Source: Actinomycetaceae bacterium (GTDB taxonomy: Bacteria > Actinomycetota > Actinomycetes > Actinomycetales > Actinomycetaceae). From it: DNA of 64,000 nt. Positions within the stretch are counted from its first letter, which is position 1, and the number at the start of each line of letters is the position of its first letter. Made by a program: the position numbers and the translations under genes. The stretch covers positions 2,871-66,870 of the forward strand of contig JAUMZK010000010.1 in assembly GCA_030528145.1 (NCBI GenBank), written 5' to 3'. The notes beneath the pieces were generated by a model. It worked only from the letters and a program-made list of their open reading frames with translations. It had not been told where the DNA came from and ran no database searches. Of this stretch, positions 9,096 to 18,784 are shown piece by piece.

Positions 9096-10403
9096 TTACT
9101 TCGCGACTGGGAGTTTCAGGGATTCCAGGGTTTGCACCGAGGTTTCACCTGCTGCTTTGAAGATGTCTGCCACTTTTGCTTTACCTTCAGCAACTTTGCC
9201 AGCCACTTCTTTCATTTTGGTGTCCACTGCGGAGAAGCCGGGAATGACCATGAAGTCCGGGGAAATCTTTTCGTTAGCTGCTGCTAATACCTTGTATACG
9301 TCTTGCCCGCCGAATTGTTTCTTGATTTTTTCGGGGGTGGCAACGCTACCTTTAGCGGCAACTATCAAGCCTTGGCTGGCAAGTGCCTCGGTTTGGGTGT
9401 TGAACCAGTTGTTGAATTCCATTGCTTGGGCGGAGTACTTGCAGCCTTTGATGACGGCTACACCAGAACCACCATCCGCACCGGTTTTATCCGCGCCCAG
9501 GTTGGGTAGTGCGGCAACCTGCCAAGTGCCCTGTTGACCTTCTTTGACAACGTCATCTAACATGAAGCCAGCTTCCCAAGCGGCCCCAATGTTGCCGATC
9601 AGTTTGCCTTCTTGCAGTGCTTTGCCGTAGGCGTCGTCCCAGCGAGGAATCTTCAGTGCGTAGTTATTGTCGAGGGCGTCTTGCCAGAAAGCAGCGATCT
9701 TCTGGCTGCCTTCCCCGGCAGTATTGACTTGCCACTTGTCACCCTCGACGCCATACCAGCTGTCGCCGGCACCGGCAGCCTGGGACACGAGCCAAAGGCT
9801 GCCTTCGTCCGGTTCAAAGTCCAAAATGTACTTGCCTTTTTCGGCAGCTTTCTTGGCTGCTGCCTTCAACTCGTCAAGGGTGGTGGGCACTTTCAGTCCG
9901 AGGGTGTCAAATGCGGCTTTGTCGTAAAAGTAGACCAGTGGTCCGGTGTCTTGAGGCAGCCCCACAATTTTGTTCCCTACTTTCATGCCCGCGAAGGCGC
10001 CCGTGTAGTTCTTTTCGTACTTTTGGGCTTCGCTAGTGACGTCCTCAACCAAGGACTTGTTGAACACCTCGGGCACTTCTGAATAGCCGATTTGCGCCAA
10101 GCACGGGGCGTTGCCGGCCTTCACATCGGTTTCGAGTTTCTTGATTAGTTCACCGGGTTTGCCCGCAAACTTTTCGGTTTTGACCTGCACGTTGGGGTGT
10201 TCGGTGTTCCATTTTTTGACGATGTCTTCAACTTTTTGCATGCCATCACCATCGGGGAGGCGGTGGACATAGTTGATAGTGACTTTTTCGTCCTTCGACG
10301 GCGCGTCGGCCTTCTTTTCACCGCCACCGCAGGCCGTTAATCCGAGCGCGGCGGCTGCGATAATCGCACCAGTTGCGAATAGGTGACGAGGTTGCTTTAC
10401 CAT
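9096..10403 (-). CDS. Sugar ABC transporter substrate-binding lipoprotein (candidate GNB/LNB-binding protein)
   Basis: The ORF runs to 10463, but the ATG at 10403 has a GAGAGGA RBS and gives MVKQPRHLFATGAIIAAAALGLTACGG, a lipobox. The sequence is family-1 SBP-like and is adjacent to the GH112 phosphorylase. Confidence 0.85.
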   Translation of the reverse strand: MVKQPRHLFATGAIIAAAALGLTACGGGEKKADAPSKDEKVTINYVHRLPDGDGMQKVEDIVKKWNTEHPNVQVKTEKFAGKPGELIKKLETDVKAGNAPCLAQIGYSEVPEVFNKSLVEDVTSEAQKYEKNYTGAFAGMKVGNKIVGLPQDTGPLVYFYDKAAFDTLGLKVPTTLDELKAAAKKAAEKGKYILDFEPDEGSLWLVSQAAGAGDSWYGVEGDKWQVNTAGEGSQKIAAFWQDALDNNYALKIPRWDDAYGKALQEGKLIGNIGAAWEAGFMLDDVVKEGQQGTWQVAALPNLGADKTGADGGSGVAVIKGCKYSAQAMEFNNWFNTQTEALASQGLIVAAKGSVATPEKIKKQFGGQDVYKVLAAANEKISPDFMVIPGFSAVDTKMKEVAGKVAEGKAKVADIFKAAGETSVQTLESLKLPVAK

Positions 10404-10499
10404 TTGGGGTCCTCTCAATTTTGTAGGAGCGCCATCACTCCCACTTGTTTGTATTCTATTCAAAACTGATTAAAAAAATCAAGTTTTAAGCAGAAAACA

Positions 10500-12743
10500 T
10501 CACTTCTGCTCATTTTTCGGCAGATCTAGCCATTGATATCCGTACGGCGGCAAGTCCACCGTCAGTTCTGGGCACGCCAAAATACCGCTTTTCACACGTT
10601 CACCACTGGAATTAATAACCAATATCTTGCCCGCCCGTAGATAGTGCGCCACTTCCAGACGATGATCGCGCGCCACGAAACTGCTGTTCCAAGCGTCCTC
10701 GCTACCCCCTGCCCAATAAATAGCGCGGTGCAAAATGCGGGCATTGAGTGGCGTATACGGCAACCCCCCAAAGTAGACGGCACGCCCCTGCCCGTACTCG
10801 TGAGCAGCGGCAGTTAGACCCTTGCGGGTCCGCGCCAACTCCAAAGTGTTCCGAGAAATGGCAAAAATTCCGTCAGTTTCGTCCGTTATCTCGAGGGCGC
10901 CGTCCGCGAAAATAAAATGCTCAGGCGCCGGTTTCGGGTATTTGTCAGTGGAAAGTGACCAATGTAGTTCCTGATCAACGCCATAAACATCGGCGAGGGC
11001 GAAGGCGAACCCGCTGCGTCCCGCTGCCACATGATCGTTGGCACTAGGTTCACCCACACCAATCAGACCCCCACCGCGGCTGACATGGCGACGGAACGCG
11101 ATCTGCACGACTTCGTCTTGCCAGACCGGTCCCCCACTAAAGGCAGTACCGCGGCTACCCACGTTCACTAAGACGTCAGCTGCGTAGTCGCCCTCGGCAA
11201 CCTGCGCAAAAGTCAGAAATTCGACCTCGAAAGGCAAGCCTGCCAAGGCTTCAAGGACGCCCACATAGTTATCCGTTTCCCGGTACGGCAAAGCGTGGGC
11301 CACCATGTGAGTTTGCCAGCTGCGCAGTTTGCCCCACGCGTTCACCACGCCCACTTTCAAAGGTGCATTAGCCGGTCGTTCGCCACCGCTTTGGTCGTGA
11401 ATTTGCCGAAATTCAGTGACTATTTCTTCGACGCGGTCAATAAATTCGGGGCGCTTCGCCGCCAAGGACAAGTATCCGCCATAGCCCATGCGGTCCAGGG
11501 GGCTACGCACAATAGCGCGGCGGGCGCTGACCCAGGAAGCCGTGGCTTCGCCTACCGGGTCGCCCTCGTCATTGAACACGTCAGGGAAGAAATATGGCAA
11601 GAACCGCCCCTCCGTGTAACGCACGCCCGGAATGTCCGAAATCATGCGGCACGTGGCGGCGTTACCGACCGAACCCACCACGCCGTCGAGGGCGATGCCA
11701 GGGAAATACTTGCCGTACGGTTCTGTCCCCGCCCAGTTATCCCCCAAAAACATGATGGATTCGCGCCCAGCCGCCCGCACTTTAGAAACCAACCGCGCGG
11801 CTTTAGTAGCCACTTCGCGGCTAGTGAAGTCGATCCAATCTAAGAAGCGTGGCGAGGGCGGACGGAAGGGACTGTTGTAGTAGCCGGCGTCGACAAAGTC
11901 TTCCGGGGTTAATTCGTAGCCTTTTTCGCGCGCAAACTTTTCCAAGGCAGGCACGGACACGGCCGCACTGTAGCCGAACCAGTCCACGTACTTTTCGCGG
12001 GCTTCTTCGTTGAAAACCAGGGTGAAGTGGTAAAAGAAGGTGGTGAAACGCACCACGTCGACCTCGGGATGTTCCGCCAACCAAGTATCGAGGGCGCTTT
12101 GCATGTGTTCCCACGTTTCGGCGTATGCCGGGTCGTAGGTCTTGTCCTTTTGGCGTCCCTGTTCGTTTGCCCAATTATTCGTCAAGTAATTATAAATCTG
12201 GGTGGAATCCCAAATTTGGCGCGCCAGAAAATTCACCGTGTACACGTGCCCAGGCACTGGGTTAGCAATGATGACGCGGGCACTAGCTGCTTCTTCGTCG
12301 CGCGGCCCGGAATTGGCGGCTTCGGCGGCGCGGTCGATAGGGCGGGCGGGGGCGGGCGCGACCGTCCATTCGGCAATCCCCAGCGTGCGGGCGGCAGTGC
12401 GGTCGATAACCTGCCAGTATTTAGCCAGATCCACGTCTAGCGCGGGCGTGAATTGTTGCGAAAAGTAGCCTTCCATTACGTCAATTTCAAGGGCGCCCTC
12501 CCCAGCCACTTTGCGTTCGCTCATGAGGAACTGGTTGACGCGCTGATCTGGGTGGGCACGCGACCATTCGTGGTCTCCACGCGAGGGAAAATAGGTGGAG
12601 TACACCTTGTCCACCAGTTCTTTAGCGATTTCGGGCAGTTCGGTACCGTCAGAATTACGCACTGCGTCTGGTTGCAGGCGGCGTACGAGGGCGCGGATTT
12701 CGTCATCCATACCGGTTTGGATAGGTAAAGTGAGGCGGGACAT
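10500..12743 (-). CDS. lnpA: 1,3-beta-galactosyl-N-acetylhexosamine phosphorylase (GH112, galacto-N-biose/lacto-N-biose phosphorylase)
   Basis: Long stretches are recognisable from the bifidobacterial LnpA family: AVRNSDGTELP, VVRFTTFFYHFTLVF, MFLGDNWAGTEPY, DIPGVRYTEGRFLPYFFPD, RMGYGGYLSLAAK. The start is set at the ATG at 12743 (MSRLTLP), 7 nt after a GGAG and just after the upstream stop. The 5' part of the track ORF is unlikely to be coding. Confidence 0.9.
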   Translation of the reverse strand: MSRLTLPIQTGMDDEIRALVRRLQPDAVRNSDGTELPEIAKELVDKVYSTYFPSRGDHEWSRAHPDQRVNQFLMSERKVAGEGALEIDVMEGYFSQQFTPALDVDLAKYWQVIDRTAARTLGIAEWTVAPAPARPIDRAAEAANSGPRDEEAASARVIIANPVPGHVYTVNFLARQIWDSTQIYNYLTNNWANEQGRQKDKTYDPAYAETWEHMQSALDTWLAEHPEVDVVRFTTFFYHFTLVFNEEAREKYVDWFGYSAAVSVPALEKFAREKGYELTPEDFVDAGYYNSPFRPPSPRFLDWIDFTSREVATKAARLVSKVRAAGRESIMFLGDNWAGTEPYGKYFPGIALDGVVGSVGNAATCRMISDIPGVRYTEGRFLPYFFPDVFNDEGDPVGEATASWVSARRAIVRSPLDRMGYGGYLSLAAKRPEFIDRVEEIVTEFRQIHDQSGGERPANAPLKVGVVNAWGKLRSWQTHMVAHALPYRETDNYVGVLEALAGLPFEVEFLTFAQVAEGDYAADVLVNVGSRGTAFSGGPVWQDEVVQIAFRRHVSRGGGLIGVGEPSANDHVAAGRSGFAFALADVYGVDQELHWSLSTDKYPKPAPEHFIFADGALEITDETDGIFAISRNTLELARTRKGLTAAAHEYGQGRAVYFGGLPYTPLNARILHRAIYWAGGSEDAWNSSFVARDHRLEVAHYLRAGKILVINSSGERVKSGILACPELTVDLPPYGYQWLDLPKNEQK

Positions 12744-12750
12744 CGTTGGA

Positions 12751-14043
12751 TTAGCTCCTGGAAAGTCGGCGGGCACGGCCCGTAGCGTTGGCAAATATTG
12801 TTTGCGCATTTTCGATGTGGGGGAATTCGCGCGTGTAGGCGCGTTTCCATTCGGCGGCGAAGTCTTCGGCGCTGCGGGTAGGCACCAGCGCCCATACGGA
12901 TCCGCCAAATCCCGCCCCGAATGCCGAGGACGCCACAGCCCCAATTCGGCGCGCGAGGCGGGTGAGAGTGATAGTTTCGGGTACCTGGTTTCCCAGGTGG
13001 GTTTCGGCCAGTTTCTGGGACGTGTCCACTAGTTCTCCAAACGCGTCGAGGGCACCATCTACCAGCGCGTCTGCGGCGGTGGGAATAATCTCTGCGGATT
13101 CGTGGAAGAACTGGTCGAGGCGGCGTCGCTGGTAGGTGTCTTCACCCGCCAGTTTTTGCATAAATTCGTAGGCGTCCTCGGAACTGGTAAGGGCGGTGGC
13201 GAGCGCCTCGTCGGACCTGCCGGTGGCTTCGTTCCACTGGTGTAATAGTTCGCTAACCGCCAGCGAGGCGCGATTGTAGGCGTCCTTGGCAGCCCCGGTT
13301 TTTTCCGCGAGGACGCCCGAAACGGCAATCACAAAACTGTGCCCGGCGGGGATAGGCACGAAGCGTTCGCGCCGCACCGGGCTGAAGGAGTATTGCGCCA
13401 ATTTGCCCGCTTCGCAGCACAGCATGGCGGTGTGGTCTTCGCTGCCACCGAAGGTGCCCACCCCGCGAGCGCCGGTGAGTTCGCCAAAACTCATGCCGTT
13501 TTCGATGCACGCCAGGTAGGCGGCGAGAGATTCGTAGTCGCGTACATGGCGGCGAAATAGACCCAGGGTGGCTATGCCGGAGAGGTCTATGAGGGCGCGG
13601 GCGATGCCTACGACGAGGGCCGATGAGGACGACATTCCCGAGGCGAGCGGCAAAGTAGAGTCAATTTCTATGTCGGCGCCGACAATGCCGTCGAAGTTGC
13701 GGACTAGGCGGGAGATGACGGTGGCAGGGTAGGTGCCCCACCCGGTGCCGGTGCAGTCTGCGCTGAGGGGCAGCGTTACTTCTTGGTTCACCGCAGTGGA
13801 GCGAAGGCGCACAAGGGGTGCGGATATTTTGCGGGCTTTTACAGTAATTCCCCGGTCGACGGTTGCCAGGAGGGACCTGCCGCCCGCGTAGTCAGTGTGT
13901 TTACCAAGCACTTCGATGCGACCGGGAACGTACCATTCGACGCTATCGGCGGGGGTGGGCAACGCGTCTGGGGTGGATACGCGACTGGCAATGTTTATGG
14001 CACCAGTTTTGGGACCGCTGACGTATAGTTCTGGTTCGTTCAT
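12751..14043 (-). CDS. GHMP-family sugar kinase (galactokinase-like; candidate anomeric Gal/GalNAc/GlcNAc 1-kinase)
   Basis: It has the galactokinase signature GRIEVLGKHTDYAGG and the GHMP ATP motif PLASGMSSSSAL. Its start overlaps the upstream stop as ATGA. Confidence 0.75.
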   Translation of the reverse strand: MNEPELYVSGPKTGAINIASRVSTPDALPTPADSVEWYVPGRIEVLGKHTDYAGGRSLLATVDRGITVKARKISAPLVRLRSTAVNQEVTLPLSADCTGTGWGTYPATVISRLVRNFDGIVGADIEIDSTLPLASGMSSSSALVVGIARALIDLSGIATLGLFRRHVRDYESLAAYLACIENGMSFGELTGARGVGTFGGSEDHTAMLCCEAGKLAQYSFSPVRRERFVPIPAGHSFVIAVSGVLAEKTGAAKDAYNRASLAVSELLHQWNEATGRSDEALATALTSSEDAYEFMQKLAGEDTYQRRRLDQFFHESAEIIPTAADALVDGALDAFGELVDTSQKLAETHLGNQVPETITLTRLARRIGAVASSAFGAGFGGSVWALVPTRSAEDFAAEWKRAYTREFPHIENAQTIFANATGRARRLSRS

Positions 14044-14837
14044 GGTGCCACTTTCACGTCCGCAAGTGCCTGCGTTACTTGGGGAATATCGGCACGGCGG
14101 GAGAGGTCGAGGACGCCCGCTGCGACGGGGACCACGGTGACGTTTGTGCCTGCGGCTATGAGGGCGCGGACGGCGTCGGCAATTTCGTATTCTCCGCGCG
14201 GGGACAGTTCTATGTTTTCGCAGGCGGATATGATTTGCGCGGGGAAGAACCAGCAGTTCATTGATATTTTGGCGGTGGAAAGGCGGGCGAGTTCTTGGGG
14301 GGTGGGCTTTTCCACTATGTCGCGTAAAAGACCGTCTGCTTCATCTAGGAGGGCGAAAGCGGCTACGCGCGCGGCGGGAATGTTCGAGTTTGCTACTAGG
14401 ACGTCCCGGTCGAACCCGGCGGTGACAGCATGCCCGGTTTTACTTGCTTGCAACACTTTTTTGAGGACGGCGGGCGGGTAGTAGTTGTCGGAATTTAGTA
14501 CGAGGGCGCCCTCGGCGAAAAAATCCCCGGCCGCTGCTACCGCGTTGGCGGTACCTAACGGTTCTTTTTGAATAGCAAAGCTGATTTTTACGCGCTTTGG
14601 TGGGTTTGCCGCGTAGTGGTCGCGGAAGGGATTTGCCCCCGGCGCTACTACGAGGCAAACTTCGGTAACTCCGGCGTCTGCCAGCCCGGAAATTACGAAG
14701 TCTAAGAATGGGCGTCCTACGTCGATCAGACCTTTTGTGCCCGCGCTGGCGGCAGCGCCTTGGCGACCGTCCAGTTTGGTGCCGTCGTCGGCGCGCATTC
14801 GCGACCCGAGCCCCCTGGCTAAAATGACTGCTCGCAC
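14040..14837 (-). CDS. Sugar-1-phosphate nucleotidyltransferase (NTP_transferase family)
   Basis: The N-terminus MRAVILARGLGSRMR is a G-x-G-(T/S)-R-M nucleotidyltransferase motif. The GTG start overlaps the DeoR stop, and the stop overlaps the kinase start. Confidence 0.7.
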   Translation of the reverse strand: MRAVILARGLGSRMRADDGTKLDGRQGAAASAGTKGLIDVGRPFLDFVISGLADAGVTEVCLVVAPGANPFRDHYAANPPKRVKISFAIQKEPLGTANAVAAAGDFFAEGALVLNSDNYYPPAVLKKVLQASKTGHAVTAGFDRDVLVANSNIPAARVAAFALLDEADGLLRDIVEKPTPQELARLSTAKISMNCWFFPAQIISACENIELSPRGEYEIADAVRALIAAGTNVTVVPVAAGVLDLSRRADIPQVTQALADVKVAP

Positions 14838-15625
14838 TATGCCACCACCACTTCTACACCTGCAGCTTCTAAAATGCTGCGGTGCTCCTGTTGAATATTT
14901 CGATCGGTAATGATCATATCGACACTGGAAAAATCACATATTTTCGCAAACGCAGAAGTGCCGAGCTTGCTAGAGTCTGCTAGCACTACAATTTTGTCTG
15001 CAATACCGACCAATTCGGCGTTTATTTGGGCTTCGCCCTCGTGATTAGTAAAGAATGCCTGCGCTTCCAAATTGAGAGCAGAAACACCCAGAAACAAGGT
15101 GCCCGCACTGATGCGCGGCAGCATGGTTTGCGCCAAGGAACCAATCAGTTCGTAACTGCGCGCCCGCACTACCCCACCAATTACCACCACTTTTACGCAC
15201 GGGCGAATAGCCAGGTCATTGGCAATATTTACGGCGTTCGTAACAACCGTGATGGGGGCTTCTTGGAAGGCGGGATTTGCACTGGAAGTTAAGCCGATTT
15301 CGTAGGCTGCCGCCGTAGTAGTGGTACCACCGTTAAAAGAAATAACGTCACCGGGGCACACCATTGACGCCACCTTCTTCGCTATTTGCTGTTTTTCCTG
15401 CCATTGCCGGGAGGTACGGTACCGCATGGGTAGATCCCCCGAGGTCGCATTCGCCCGCGCGCCCCCACGCACCCTGGTTATTAGTTGCTGTTCGGACAGC
15501 ACGTCGAGGTCTCGTCGTATAGTTGCCGGTGAAGCATTCACTAATTCCACCATCTGTTCGACAGTCAACTGACCGTGTTCAACCACCAACTCCACTAAAG
15601 TAGACTGCCGGTCTTGTCGCTTCAT
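14837..15625 (-). CDS. DeoR-family transcriptional regulator
   Basis: The sequence reads MKRQDRQSTLVELVVEHGQLTVEQMVELVNASPATIRRDLDVLSEQ (HTH), followed by a DeoR C-terminal sugar-phosphate sensor domain. The ATG at 15625 has a GAAAGG RBS; the track ORF starts at an upstream GTG (15652). Confidence 0.85.
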   Translation of the reverse strand: MKRQDRQSTLVELVVEHGQLTVEQMVELVNASPATIRRDLDVLSEQQLITRVRGGARANATSGDLPMRYRTSRQWQEKQQIAKKVASMVCPGDVISFNGGTTTTAAAYEIGLTSSANPAFQEAPITVVTNAVNIANDLAIRPCVKVVVIGGVVRARSYELIGSLAQTMLPRISAGTLFLGVSALNLEAQAFFTNHEGEAQINAELVGIADKIVVLADSSKLGTSAFAKICDFSSVDMIITDRNIQQEHRSILEAAGVEVVVA

Positions 15626-15707
15626 AGTTAGCCTTTCACCATTGAGAAGCACATCGATAACATTGCGCGCGTCGGTGACTCCCAGTTTAAGACTTTTTTC
15701 GCGAAGT

Positions 15708-15796
15708 AATCAAAAATAATCAGAAAAAGTGTCTCCAAGATCGAGAAACCTCTCGCCATTTGATCGTTTCTGCGATATTCTAATCATGTTCAATCA
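15708..15796. promoter_or_regulatory. Candidate DeoR operator: two pairs of (T)AATCA direct repeats with 10-bp phasing in the divergent promoter region
   Basis: AATCA occurs at 15708, 15718, 15782 and 15792. Each pair is AATCA-N5-AATCA. The sites lie between the divergent DeoR and SIS operons. Confidence 0.3.
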
Positions 15797-15817
15797 AAAT
15801 ACGAAAGGTTTTTTGCA

Positions 15818-16687
15818 ATGTCGCAAACACTCACCGAAATCAACAGCCAACCCGAGCTGTGGGAATCTGTGCCGGAAATCGCCCTCGTAAAAACCGGGAA
15901 AATCGCTGTGGTTGGCTGTGGTACCAGCTGGTTCATGGCTCAAGCCTACTGCTCCTGGCGCACGCAAAAAACCGGCGAGATTTCCCACGCCTATACCGCC
16001 ACCGAATTCCCACTCAGCGAACCCTACGACCATGTGATCTTGTTGTCTCGCTCGGGCACCACCACCGAAATAATCGACCTCGCCAAAAAACTGCAAGACC
16101 TGGGCACGCCCACCACCCTCATTACGGCGGTCAGCCCTGGACCCGCCACGCCGTTCGTAGGTCGCGAAATCGTCCTCGCTAACGCCGATGAAACCTCGGT
16201 AGTGCAAACCCGTTTCGCTACCACCGCGCTCGCTTACATGCTATCCACCCTCGGGTTCGACACCGCCAGCGCGGCCGCCGACTGTCGCACCGCCCTCGAA
16301 ATCGAAATACCCCAGCGGTGGATTGACGCCGAACAAATATCGTTCCTGGGAACCGGTTGGACTATCGGATTGGCGAATGAGGCGGCCTTAAAACTGCGGG
16401 AAGCCTCCCAAAGCTGGACCGAAGCCTACCCCGCCATGGAATATCGACACGGCCCCATTTCTATTGCGCAACCAGGACGCTTGACCTGGGTATTCGGACA
16501 AGCCCCCAAAGGATTGGCACAGCAAGTGGAAAAAACAGGCGCCGAATTCATCACCTCGGATCTGAATCCTTTGGCACACCTGGTATTGGCCCAACGCCTG
16601 GCAGTAGCACGGGCCGAAGCACGCGGACTGAACCCGGATACGCCCCGCCACCTGACCCGTTCGGTCATTTTGCCGGAAGACCACTAA
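15818..16687 (+). CDS. agaS: SIS-domain sugar-phosphate isomerase/deaminase (AgaS-like)
   Basis: The 289-aa product has two SIS-like halves (VVGCGTSWFMAQAY ... LLSRSGTTTE; FLGTGWTIGLANEAALKLRE). It sits next to a ROK kinase, a PfkB kinase and a class II aldolase. Confidence 0.7.
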   Translation: MSQTLTEINSQPELWESVPEIALVKTGKIAVVGCGTSWFMAQAYCSWRTQKTGEISHAYTATEFPLSEPYDHVILLSRSGTTTEIIDLAKKLQDLGTPTTLITAVSPGPATPFVGREIVLANADETSVVQTRFATTALAYMLSTLGFDTASAAADCRTALEIEIPQRWIDAEQISFLGTGWTIGLANEAALKLREASQSWTEAYPAMEYRHGPISIAQPGRLTWVFGQAPKGLAQQVEKTGAEFITSDLNPLAHLVLAQRLAVARAEARGLNPDTPRHLTRSVILPEDH

Positions 16688-17643
16688 TGTTCAAATACGG
16701 TATTGGCGTTGACGTCGGCGGCACCACCATAAAAGTGGCGTTAGCCGACCGGGACGGCAACATCTTGTACCACCACGCCGCCCCCACCCCAACTAGTGGC
16801 AGCGCAGACGTTGTCCACGCAGTCGCCGCACTGTACCGGGACGTAATTTTCGCTATCCGCGACGGACGCGTCGGGGAAGACGACCCCTACTTTAGTGTCG
16901 CCCTCGCCCCCGGCATTACCGTGGCCATCCCCGGCATAGTCGACGAAACGCGTGGCATTGGCGTGTACAGCATTAACTTGGGGTGGCGGGACTGCCCGAT
17001 GCGGGAAATGCTTGAGGACGCATTGGGGCGCACGGTCACTTTGGCGCATGACGTGCGCAGCGGGGCTTTTGCCGAATACTACTGGGGAAACGCCGAACGC
17101 AACAGTTTATATATTGCGCTCGGTACTGGCGTCTCGGCCGCCCTCATAATAAACGGCAAGCCCACTGCGGCCAGTCCGTGGGCGGGCGAAATTGGGCAAA
17201 TAGCCGTGAAAAACCCGGATGGGGAAGGCATGCGCACCATGGAGCAAATTGCCTCTGCCGCCGCTATTGCCAGGCGAATGCGCGCGACCTGTCCGGGTTC
17301 TATTTCCGAGGACGCCGACGCTCGCGCAGTGTTTCGGCTGGCGGAACACGGTAACGCCGAGGCAGAGCGCATAATTGCCACTGCCTGCCACGAACTAGCG
17401 AAAGTGATTAGTTCAGCACTGCACGTGTTGGGTCCGATGCCAGTGATAATCGGGGGTGGTCTGAGCAAAGCCGGGGAAACCCTTCTGCAACCCATCCGCC
17501 GCGAAATAGCCGAACTCACGCCCATTTTGCCCGAAGTGGAAGTGCGTGCGGCCACCTTGGGCGCGCACTCACAAGTTCTGGGCGCAGTCGCTACCACCTT
17601 CGCGGCGATTGACCGACTGACCCAGCTGGCCTTCAAACATTAA
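16687..17643 (+). CDS. ROK-family sugar kinase
   Basis: It contains IGVDVGGTTIKVALAD (ATP-binding DxGGT) and a ROK-like core. Its start overlaps the SIS gene stop. Confidence 0.8.
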   Translation: MFKYGIGVDVGGTTIKVALADRDGNILYHHAAPTPTSGSADVVHAVAALYRDVIFAIRDGRVGEDDPYFSVALAPGITVAIPGIVDETRGIGVYSINLGWRDCPMREMLEDALGRTVTLAHDVRSGAFAEYYWGNAERNSLYIALGTGVSAALIINGKPTAASPWAGEIGQIAVKNPDGEGMRTMEQIASAAAIARRMRATCPGSISEDADARAVFRLAEHGNAEAERIIATACHELAKVISSALHVLGPMPVIIGGGLSKAGETLLQPIRREIAELTPILPEVEVRAATLGAHSQVLGAVATTFAAIDRLTQLAFKH

Positions 17644-17749
17644 GCTGCCTAATGAAAGATAACCGCCGAGCAAGACACCTCTTGAGAGTGAGCGATAGTG
17701 ACTGATATTGAGCGCTTCCAAGGGATGCTGAGACGATCAAGGAAGACCC

Positions 17750-18784
17750 ATGATCTGGACTATTACGCCTAATCCAGCACTGGACGTGACCTACCAGGTT
17801 CCCGACCTGGAATTAGGAAAGGTCAGCCCTGCCGCCACTCCCACCCGCCTACCAGGCGGTAAAGGATTGAATGTGGCGCGTACACTGGCACAACTAGGAG
17901 TCCGCAACACCGCCACCGGGTTGCTGGGCGGCCCTACCGGCGCCGAGTTTATGAAATTGTTGCAAGAACTCCCCCACACCAACCTGATCACTTCAGCTTT
18001 CGTGGACGCAGGGGTGAATACGCGCTCATCCATCGCCCTCGTAAAAAACGGCAACGCCACAGTAGTTAACGAAACCGGGCACGCCGTACCCACGGAGGTG
18101 TGGGCGGTCGTGAACGCCCAGTTAGAACGCGTGCAACCAGGAGACGTGGTTGCTCTGTGCGGATCATTTCCGCCAGAAACAGACCCACAGGTTGCCACCG
18201 ACCTCGTGCAAAAATGCAAACAAAAAGGCGCGATAGTCCTGGCGGACACTTCTGGACCATACCTACTGGCGGCAGCGGCGGGGGGCGCGGATGTGCTCAA
18301 GCCCAACCACCTGGAGTTAGCGGCAGCAACCGGTACTACAGATGTGGCGCAAGGCGCGCACGCATTGCAAGCCGCCGGCGGAGGCATAGTAGTTTGCTCG
18401 GCGGCAGAGGGGGGTATGAACGCGTTCTTGGGCAAGCACGCGGGGCACAAGATAGCGCAGAGCGAAAACGCTGGTGGTGACACTGCTAACGATAGCAATG
18501 GCGACGGGCACAGTGTCAGTCACGTGCGCAGTCACCCCCATGACGAGGACGAACCACTGTTTACGCCTCCCGCTCGCCTGGTATCTGGAAATCCGACGGG
18601 AGCGGGCGACAGCGTCGTGGCGGCTTTGGCGTACCGAATAAGCACCTGCGGGCTGAGCGGCGATTGGGCAGAATATTTGGCTTTTGCCAGTATTTTGGCG
18701 GCAGCAACCGTAGCTCACCCGACTGCTGGTGGTTTTGACGAAAAACTGTACAACCAACTGAAAGTAGAAAAACATGTTAGCTGA
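17750..18784 (+). CDS. PfkB-family 1-phosphofructokinase/tagatose-6-phosphate kinase, with a low-complexity insertion
   Basis: It has IWTITPNPALDVTY, PGGKGLNVAR and the C-terminal GNPTGAGDS anion-hole motif. Roughly 35-45 extra residues (HKIAQSENAGGDTANDSNGDGHSVSHVRSHPHDEDEP) precede the GAGD motif. Confidence 0.8.
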   Translation: MIWTITPNPALDVTYQVPDLELGKVSPAATPTRLPGGKGLNVARTLAQLGVRNTATGLLGGPTGAEFMKLLQELPHTNLITSAFVDAGVNTRSSIALVKNGNATVVNETGHAVPTEVWAVVNAQLERVQPGDVVALCGSFPPETDPQVATDLVQKCKQKGAIVLADTSGPYLLAAAAGGADVLKPNHLELAAATGTTDVAQGAHALQAAGGGIVVCSAAEGGMNAFLGKHAGHKIAQSENAGGDTANDSNGDGHSVSHVRSHPHDEDEPLFTPPARLVSGNPTGAGDSVVAALAYRISTCGLSGDWAEYLAFASILAAATVAHPTAGGFDEKLYNQLKVEKHVS

